A DNA stretch of 64,000 bases, from contig OZ176050.1 of the NCBI GenBank assembly GCA_964247055.1, positions 2,666,001-2,730,000 on the forward strand. Reading direction: 5' to 3'. Under the pieces are notes generated by a model. It did not search any database. It was not told the DNA's origin and saw only the letters and a list, made by a program, of their open reading frames with translations. Positions 24,824-34,238 of the stretch are shown here, in pieces (position 1 is the first letter of the stretch; each line of letters starts with the position of its first letter). The stretch is from Paragordius varius (lineage: Eukaryota > Animalia > Nematomorpha). The translations under genes were made by a program, and so were the position numbers.

Positions 24824-25728
24824 ATGAGTGATCAGTCAGATTCCAAATTTTTATATAAATCCGTCAACACACAAAAATTATCTAGAGCGCAACGGCGTAA
24901 AGTATATACTTTTATAATAATAGAATAATAAACAAAATAAATTGGCAACAGATGAATCGAAACCTATTATTATTTCAGAGACGGAAATTTTACGACAAAA
25001 AGAGATAAATAGTTTTCAATCCATTTGTGAAAGTTTAAAATTAAAAATTATTGAAGTATTTGCTTTTATATATATGTCAGGTACCTTCCAATGGAAATTG
25101 GTATAAATATTTTAATTTATAATAGCTTATACTATTCCGTATGTTTGCAAATACCTAATTTTTCGGAACAGCCTGACTTTTCAATTACTCAGCTTCGAAA
25201 TAATGTTTGCGATTATTTAAAACAAAACAGCTCACATTTTTTGTCTTTTTATGATAATAGTGACGCTTCTCAAGGTTAACCAATTTTATAAAATATTCAT
25301 AGGAAGTTTCCTAAATTATTGTGAATCTATTAAAAATTCCAATGTATGGGCAGGACATTTGGAAGTATTTTATTTTTACCAATTTAGATTCAAGCTTTAA
25401 GCTCTCTTCTCAACCAAAAAATAATAATATATACCCATGACAATGATCCAATTGAAATTATGCCAATATCGCATTCCTCCCATGATAATATTAATAAAAC
25501 TCCGATATTATTGTCGTATAATTTTATATGACCTTACAGTTTTCTAAATATTTTTGCATAAAAACATTTTTTTGGTTGAATATTGTTTTTTATATTTTTA
25601 TCGATATATTCAATTGTTAGGTTTGATTACTTTCAAACAATTTTTTAATTTATTCTATTTTATTTAGATACCACAAGTACCTGTATACTCTTGGAGAACA
25701 TTATAATGCGCTCATTCCGGATGAATAA
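24824..25728 (+). CDS. OTUD6B: OTUD6-like OTU deubiquitinase, 209 aa; exons 24824-24901, 24924-25055, 25081-25100, 25126-25274, 25303-25364, 25388-25515, 25668-25728
   Basis: Removing five 22-28 nt introns and one 152-nt intron gives KLSRAQRRK...LKIIEVPSNGNCLYYSV...LRNNVCDYL...WAGHLEIQALS...YHKYLYTLGEHYNAL, with the OTU Cys, variable and His boxes. Exon sum is 630 nt, in frame. Confidence 0.92.
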
Positions 25729-26430
25729 ACACCAGCATATACCTATATATAAACATCAAAATAAATATTTTATTATATTATTAGGAACTGAAAAGAATAT
25801 GAGCATAAATGAAAATTAAAAATTATTTACCCAAAGTATGTGTTTTTTTCATTGGTTCAATATTTAGTGCCAATGGTCAAAACGCCTATAATTTTTTATA
25901 TTATTCAATAATAGCCTAATTATGGTAGAAGGAGAAAAAAGGGTCAACTACACGGCTTATTTCTTAATAATAAAAAAATTTCACTATTGAACTTAATTTG
26001 GCTTATACGTTTCCCAGAAAATTGCTCGTAGTCAATACATTAATTTATATAGAGATAAATGGGTTGGGAACGAACGAGGTATTTTGAAAAAATTGTTTTT
26101 TATAATCACGTATGACTTTCTTTAACATTTTAATTTATTGGACGATGTATGGAGATTTTTTCATTTTAAAGGTATTATAGCTAAATATATAAGCGATTCC
26201 TATTACGTTATCCCCTATGATTGACTTAATAGCAAAGGAGTTTGGGCGAATATGGGTTTTAATTTGGCTATATATTTTTTGAGAAATTGTTTAATACGGT
26301 TTTTTGTTTGGAAGCGAATTTTACATTGGGTTGAATAGTTGGTTAAATTAAAGGGAAAATTCATATGTCATTTTAAAATTTCAACGCCATGGTTACATAT
26401 GGTGGTGTATTTTACAGAGGGTTAAGTCCA

Positions 26431-27810
26431 TAGGGTGGGGTGATAAAATTTTGACTTGACTTGCAAGTTTTTCAAGTCATGGCTTGCTTTCATGTGATAA
26501 AAAAATTTAACATTAGTCGACTTAAGTCAAGCAAGAAAACTTGATTTGGAGGTGATTAAAAATCATATGATCAGGTAAAACTTTAGGATTTTGCAAGTGT
26601 GGTGTAGGGCACACTTGACAGATTTAAAAAATATGGATAAAATTATTTTGGAAACTATCTATGTATAAAATTTAGGTTTTATATGTAATTCAAACCTTTG
26701 TAATGCCATAAATTGTTAATTTGATAAATTTTGGCTAAATAACCGATTCATTGGGTGGATAAAAAAGAGAAATAATCTAAAGAAAAACTCTACTAATATG
26801 GCATATAAAAATGTGCTAAATATATCAATTCAGTGAACGCAAAAAAAATTAATTTTCAATAATTTTTTAAAATTAATAATTAAATATTAATCTTGTAAAA
26901 AATCAAATCTTCGTTCATGAAACGTTAAAGGTTACTTCACTATTAACTAATGTAAAGAATTTATTTCATCATAAATTTATTTCGAATGTAATGTTGATAA
27001 TCAATTAAAAATAATATTATGATCTTTCCATTATATTTGCAAATGGATTCCAAAAAATGAGTAGTGTGGTATACCATTTACAGTTCAAATTCACCCTTAA
27101 ACAATTCAAATTCACCCTTGAACAATTCAAATTCACCCTTGAACAATTCAAATTCACCCTTAAATAAATAACATGTTTTTTAAGATTAAAAATTACCTAT
27201 TTTTTAATATATTTTTAAAAAATAAAATTTTGTTTTAAATTAAAAAAATACTGAAAAAAATAATTAATTATGCCATAAAGATATATTTTATATTAAAAAT
27301 GAGTTATATTAGTTCGAAAACACATAATTTATTTTTAGGGTAAATTTGAATTGTTCGAGCGTGAATTTGAATTGTTCAAGGGTGAATTTGAATTGTGTAA
27401 GGGTGAATTTGAATTGTTCAAGGGTGAATTTGAACTGTAAATGGTATATATAATGGAAAGTGGCGAATGGTTTCATCAATCTAAATTAATACCTGGCTCA
27501 ATATTTAGAAAACTCTATACTATAATATTAATAAGATACGTTCCAGTGAGTTAGAAAAACTTCAATAAATGCATATTGATTGTTTATCTTTTTGTGCTTT
27601 ATTTCATAAATTTTGGCTGAAAATAATCAAAATAATTTCCGTAAAATTCGAATTGGGTGGCAAAAAAATGTTACATTCATAAGAAAAAGACTTGATTTAA
27701 GTGTTTTTTTTATCACCGATCTTCAAATACATTTGCTGGCTTAAGTAAACTTGCTCAACTTGCCACGCTTGGCTTACAAGTCAAGTGCGCTTTTTTATCA
27801 CCCCACCCAA
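26431..27810. mobile_element. hAT-like non-autonomous element with a nested family B MITE
   Basis: TIRs TAGGGTGGGGTGATAAAA / TTTTATCACCCCACCCAA; repeated GACTTG/CAAGTC subterminal motifs at both ends. An 8-bp TSD is not clearly preserved. Confidence 0.65.
27070..27448. mobile_element. MITE family B, best-preserved copy
   Basis: TATACCATTTACAGTTCAAATTCACCC...GGGTGAATTTGAACTGTAAATGGTATA, with 3-4 tandem 21-bp units per arm. Confidence 0.9.
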
Positions 27811-28779
27811 GTTTAAGAAAAATCCGTCACATACTTAAATTTTTTTATAGAGTCTCATAACTTGGGCTTATTTTTAGTTGGGTACAAATAAAGCCCCACA
27901 GAGCGGCTGATTTGAAAAATATACAGTCTTATGTCTTTTGTTTAAATAAATAAATTCGAAACATTGTAAAAACTCGGTTTCTAAATTCCCTTTTTTCGTA
28001 AAAGGACAATAATTTAGGATACAATCTCTGAATAAATGTCGTAAACACCCTTAAATATATTTTTTGCTATAAATTAAATTGTTTTTCCATAAACTAAGGT
28101 ATTTCTTGACTCTAGAAGTAATTGATTCCAACATCCACGGATATTGCAAAGTATATGACAAAAACCAATATAAAAATATTTGATATGTAAAATATAGTAT
28201 AACCATTCATTTTTTTAGTAGGTTCCTAAAAGTTATGATTTTTTTTGTTTCTAACATGTGAAAAAAGAAATGATTGTTTTTTACGTGCATCATTTGGCTC
28301 TCATTGACTAGGGTTATATAGTTATCGGATAAACCGATTTATATTGTATAAATAATTAACTTAACAAAATTGCAATTTTTACTGGACAAACATCATATAA
28401 TAGAGAACAAATTTATTATGACACATAAGCTTTAGGTGAAAAAGAATGACATTTTTATTGTAGTTCATCAAATTTCTTCAAACGACAAATTTTGAATCCA
28501 CACACTAAAAGGGATTTTGTTTAGCAAAATAAATATACTTCTGGGCCTGAGTTTGGACATATCAGATAATAAAATGCGTTTTTCTTGGTTCAAATAATTT
28601 TTGATATGGTTGTTTTTGAATCCGATAGCCTAATATTTAAGTTTTTACATAATAAAGGATATGAAAAATGCATAAAACCCTGTTTTCATAACTCATCTCC
28701 TATAAAATGGCTTGAACCCGTACTTTCCCAGCCACTTTTATTTCCTTTTATATATAACAGCGTACAAGAATTCATACAC

Positions 28780-28986
28780 TAACTCGAGTTTTTTATCGGT
28801 TTTATTTGGCTAAAAGGATAAATTTACATGTTTTTAGCATGTATGCGATGTGTCTTTTTTTGAAATTACAGATTTAATTGAAATTTCAGAAAAAATACAA
28901 TGGCGCGTAATTTTTTTACACTAAAAACATATAAATTAACTCCTTTATCCAAATAAAAACCCAAATGACCAATATAACTCTCGTTA
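28780..28986. repeat. About 200-bp imperfect inverted-repeat element (probable MITE)
   Basis: gttttatttggctaaaaggataaatttacatgtttttag is the approximate reverse complement of ctaaaacatataaattaactcctttatccaaataaaaac. Confidence 0.5.
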
Positions 28987-29919
28987 TTGTGCATTCTTTA
29001 TTTTTTCAAAGTTTTACTTACAGTCATGTAGACTTTATTTTGTTAAAGATTTACTTTTTTTCGTTAATTGGGTATTAATATTTGGTAAAAAATATAAAAA
29101 CAGCAATATGGTATTACCATATCATATTCTTTAAAAAAGTAAAAAATGAAGGGGAAGGGCGTCGGAAATCCTTGGTAAAAAATGAAAATACACTAACTAC
29201 TAACCCTTCACTTAAAATTATTGTATAAAAGGGCTAGGAAAATCGTAATTTTTATCTCTTTTTTTGTTTTGATATGGGAACGATAAAAGGGATTTTTACG
29301 ATAGATGCTATATTAAATAATCAATTTGATCCAATTTCGTTAGGATGTAACCCTGGTATTGCCGGTATTTTTTTCCTTTATAATGTTAGATTCAGATTAT
29401 GTTGACGAAAATATAAGACTCACACAAAATATTGTGCCTGGCAACGATGGTTTTATTTTTTCATTTAGAATTTAGGTGATAATGAGATCGGCGGGAATGA
29501 ATTGATAGTAGACACTTGTCCTGGTGTCCTTGATGGTTTTTTTTCCTTTATAATGTTAGATTCAAATTAGGTTGACGAAAATATAAGACCCACACAAAAT
29601 ATTGTGCCTTGCTTTTTTTATAACAATTATTATAGAAAAAAACATTCAATAGGGTTAAATAGTGGTAAACTGGTATATTGATTGAATTTTATATTTCCCA
29701 AAATAGAGCATTTTAGGATGAAACGCTTTCAGTTCGATATTTTTTTAAACGCTATATAATCCATATTCATTTCCTATGTTTTCCCTTATATATACACACA
29801 ATTCATTATTTGTCCGTTATATATTTGTTTTATTTATTGTGATATTCTATTAAAAAAATTTTAATAAATTCTTTTTTACCTATACATAAAAATCTATATC
29901 TGAGGTTAATTTGTTTTGT

Positions 29920-30335
29920 TTAACACTTGGATATAACACATTCATTTTTAAGCTAAAACCAAAAGGTAAAAATTTAGTGAATGTGACATGTGTGCAATGG
30001 TAAAATTGAAAAAGAATAAAAAATAAATCGCATTTTCTATTTCTATCAAGGTTAGATGTGATTTAAATAAAAAATTATCTTTAAATTTTACCCTTAAAAC
30101 TAAATGAAGACGACATTTTGCAAATATTTTGTAAAATAAAAATGGCGTCGAAGTTGTTTGACATGGACCTTTTTTTCAAAACAAAATTTTATTTAGATAT
30201 TTTGGCATATTTATATTTTTATTAGGAAAGAAGCATAAATTTAAATTGGGACCGTTTCTTTCACTAGTTTTTTAAAATCCTAACTCAAATTTAGTCTGGG
30301 GTATTTAGATACCCCAATTCGAATATAGGTGTTAA
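29920..30335 (-). mobile_element. piggyBac-like MITE family D, internally deleted copy in reverse orientation
   Basis: TTAA-flanked; reverse complement of 30409-30996 lacking about 170 bp near one end. Confidence 0.8.
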
Positions 30336-30408
30336 ATAAAAATTTTATCAAAAAAAAATTAATATATAAAATTTTGCAAAAAATTAACAAAAATATTACC
30401 ATTCCCCT

Positions 30409-30996
30409 TTAACACTTCGATTCGAATTGGGGTATCTAAATACCCCAGACTAAATTTAAATTAAAATTTTTAAAAAAGTACTGAAAGAAACGGTCCTAAT
30501 TTAAATTTATGCTTCTATCCTGATAAATATTATATAAATAAGCCAAAATATCTTGATAAAATTTTGATTTGAAAAAAAAGTTGCATCTCAAACTACCTCG
30601 CCGCCATTTTTGTTTTAAAAAATTTTGCAAAATATCGTCTTCATTTAATTTTGAGGGTAAAACTAAAGCTAATATTTTATATAAATTACATCTAACATTG
30701 ATAGAAATAGAAAAAGCGGTTTATTTTGTATTATATTTTAATTTTACAATTTGACACATGCCACGTTGACGAAATTTTTACCTTTCGGTTTTAGCTTAAA
30801 ATAAGTAATATCAAGTATTTTTGATTAAAAAATTTATGTATTTCGGTTTATTAATGATATGTAAGTGCAAAATTTTACCATGGTTTCGATTCCTTCCATA
30901 CTTGTTAAAGTATTTGATTTTAAACAGGCCTGGGGTATCCAACTACCCCAATTTGAATCGAAGGACTAAAATGAATGTGTTGTATCCAAGTGTTAA
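30409..30996 (+). mobile_element. piggyBac-like MITE family D
   Basis: TTAA|CACTTCGAT...ATCCAAGTG|TTAA with asymmetrically placed internal inverted repeats containing GGGGTA..TACCCC; highly similar to 49333-49878. Confidence 0.85.
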
Positions 30997-32825
30997 ACAA
31001 TATTAAAGATTTTTATTTTTTACCAAAGATTTCTGACGCCCTTCCCCCACACTTCTTTTAATTTTTTAAAGAATATGATATGGTATACCATATAGCTCTT
31101 GTTTTTATATTCTTTACCAAATATTAATACCCAATTAACGAAGAAAAGTAAATCTTTTACAAAATAAAGACATGACTGTATATGGAGCTATAAGTTAAAA
31201 TCTTATGAAAACACAAAATTGTGTCTAACACGAAAGTGTCCAATACAAATGGCTTTGTGGGCCGCATTCGAAATATATATGCGGGCATTCATTAATATTT
31301 TATTAGATTTTAAACATAAAACTGTAAAATGCAAACAAATCATAAAGTTGTCACTTGGATAGACTAATTTCGAAAATCTATATGCGCAAAATTAATTTGA
31401 TTTCGTAGGCTTCATTTTTTTCACGGGCCACACAAACCGGAGAATCTATATGGCTTCATTACCCCCATATGGTCACATTGTTTTTGCAAACATAATCAGT
31501 TTTGGCCTATTTTATGCTAATGAAACCATTTTTTGCTGTTTTCAAACGGATTAAAGTTCTTTAGTTATAATAATGTTCCCGAAAGTAAAAATAAATTAGG
31601 AGTAATAGTAAGATGCTTAACAACTTAATAAAAACAAAAATTTATTCCGAAACTTTGGCGACAAAAATTTAATAAATAATTGTTTACATGTCTTAAAGAA
31701 AATGAAAGATTGGTTTAAGCTTAAAATCTTAATCGGCTATTCATAAGTATAGATGAAAATAATAATATAACAAAATTATTGTATCATATATTGCAGACCT
31801 GTTTAACAAATGGTCATCTTCTGTTAACTTTGACGCCTGTTTATTATATGCTTGAACGAAAAGAATATGGATAGCGTGTGAAAATTTTAAGGCCGATCTA
31901 TTTATCCATATTTTTTAAACTAATGAAATTTTTTATTTTGGCTTCAAAACTAAATCACTCCGCGCCGCTGTCTTAATTTTAACCCGAAAAGAATCGATCG
32001 AACGGTTTATGTCTTTGACCGCATCGTCGCTATGCATTTACGGAATTTAGCAATTCCAAAATACTAGTTTATTTTAATTTTAAAATGTTTAGAAGTTTAC
32101 ACCCACCCTCTAGATTATGCCAAATTAAAAAACAAAATAAAAAGCATGCAATATTAAAAAACAAGTCATAAGCTTTGATGTGCCAAAAAATGTTTGATTG
32201 TCGGTACATAATGGATATTCTTGGGTCGAACAGTTGTTTTAAAAAAGACCAGCAATACAATCATCCATTTAATAATCATATCCAATGCCTTTTTGACTTT
32301 TTACGCGTTTTTATTTTTGAAGGTATAGCATTACACATGTATAGATGAAGGAAATGTTATATCCCAACCGATATAATAGTATTAATAAGCGTGACTATGA
32401 CCACATTTATAAAAAAACCAAAAAAATGTTAAACATATGTTTGTCTAGCAAAAATATAAATCAAACAAACTTTAAAAAGGATGTAATGTAAGCGAATTTG
32501 AAAATAAAATTCACTAATTTTATTAGCAATTATGGATTGTTTAGTTTTTGAATAGCGTTGTATTAATTGAGTTTTGGTGTGCCTGAATTTATAAGAGTTC
32601 GCCATTAATTTATGTAGCCGGTAAAAATTTCTAATTTTAGAGGATAATATTTGATATTTCGAGTTTTCGCCATTTTTGACGGTTATAAAATAAGCGTTTT
32701 GGAAAAACTACATAATCCTCATGAATGTTTGTAGTAAAATTTATAATATATCATAAGCAAATTCTAAATTGTTTAATAAAATCCCAAGTTCATAGTTAAA
32801 CCCGAATTAAGTCATCAAAAAATTG

Positions 32826-33153
32826 TTAAAGTTGAATTTTTACGAAATAAAATTTGTAGATAGGAACATTATACTGAATCAAATATATATTTGATTAGTA
32901 CCTGACGTATGAGATAACCTTTGTGTCTCCACTCATCCGGATAAAGATTGGGTAAACTTTTAAAGCCTCCATAGTTATGTAGGTTGGGTTCATATAAAAA
33001 TTTAGGAATATTCCATTCATATTGATCATTCAATAACATCGTTTTGGGTTTCAAATCGGTTTCTACCACTAAGAACGTTGTTGCTGTTTGGAAAAATATC
33101 ATTAGGGTTAGGACTAAAAAAAGCTTCATTTTAAGGGTTAAGGGGAAATGCAT
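32826..33153 (-). CDS. Small secreted protein of unknown family (91-99 aa); exon 33153-32902, 28-nt intron, exon 32873-32826
   Basis: Signal-peptide-like MKLFLVLTLMIFFQTATT followed by a Tyr/Pro/Asn-rich region; CAG|GTACTA donor and TTCAG acceptor 28 nt apart. The 3' structure is uncertain. Confidence 0.55.
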
Positions 33154-34238
33154 TGCACAGCACTGTGGGTAATTCGAAATTTTTAATAAAATATGAAATT
33201 CAAGGGGATTTTAATATGATTATTATTTCAAAATGAAATCCTAATTTTTCATTTTTTTGTTTACACAAAAATTTACATTAGAGTAAGTCAATGCTACATT
33301 TTGCCATCCATTAATATATATTAAAATAATTATAAAAAATTTGTCCTCGCCTTCAATTTCAATTTGCTGTAATACAAATATTTTTTCATATAATCTTTTA
33401 TGCACACACAACCAAATATGATCAAATCACTAAGTTTAATTAAAAATTATCCCTTTCGAGATATTCGAAGACTAAGCCTAAGGAAAATATTTTTTGTAAA
33501 ATTTATAATCTTATAAAATATTTATGAAGAAACCAATGATTGATTAATGCATGCACATATTTTGACCCTTATTAACCGTAAAATTGTTAAAATAAAATAT
33601 GAATATCGCCATTTTCAAAAAATTTTTTTATTACGTACAAAAATAATTTCCTATGATTTTGTTTTTAAACATTGTCAATTTTGTTAATACATTTTACTAG
33701 TTCAAACAGCTTCACTTATAAATATATATTGTTAAATTTTGACCAATTTAACAGGCCATTGACCATGTACCCATTATTATAATAATGCTGCGGTTATCGA
33801 ATCCTCAATTAAAATAAAATACAATATAATTTTTTATGGCATTATCATTCAAAAATTTTTCTTATATTTTATATAGAGATATATTAAAATATACTACAAT
33901 ATATTAATTTATTTTATTATATTTATATACTACAATGGAGAGTATCCTGATTATAAATATACATTTGATTGCACATATTTATGGAATGAGTGATTAAAAT
34001 ATATAAAAAGAATATACATGATATTTTTTAATTTTTACATGTAAATACGCATTAAATTTCATAAAATAAAAATTATATTATTTGGTGTATTCAGGACCCT
34101 GGTATATAAATGTAAAAATGGGTGGTCTAATTGCCATAATATGGTTAGATATTAACAATTTGGATGAAAGGAAGTGGGATGCGATCCTATAACTGAGACA
34201 CCGTCAAATTGACCTTAAGTATAGCGACAAATGTTTGC

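Larger units (their letters stand above)
29021..31178. mobile_element. 2.16-kb TA-flanked non-autonomous Tc1/mariner-type element with ~170-bp TIRs, carrying two nested TTAA MITEs and an internal ~92-bp direct repeat
   Basis: TA|CAGTCATG...CATGACTG|TA; 29021-29190 is the near-complete reverse complement of about 31005-31178; direct repeat at 29351-29442 and 29520-29612. Confidence 0.8.

Noticed and set aside
27070-27448. 21-bp tandem repeats as a CRISPR-like array or heat-shock elements
   Set aside because: There are no unique spacers, the repeats are inverted between arms and dispersed as MITEs, and the GAA-N3-TTC spacing does not fit the nGAAnnTTCn HSE.
30569-31006. Short ORFs at 30569, 30821 and 49493
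   Set aside because: They fall within family D MITE copies and are chance open frames in repeat sequence.
32826-33153. Neuropeptide precursor
   Set aside because: No repeated peptides or G-K/R-R amidation and cleavage sites; kept only as an unknown secreted protein.
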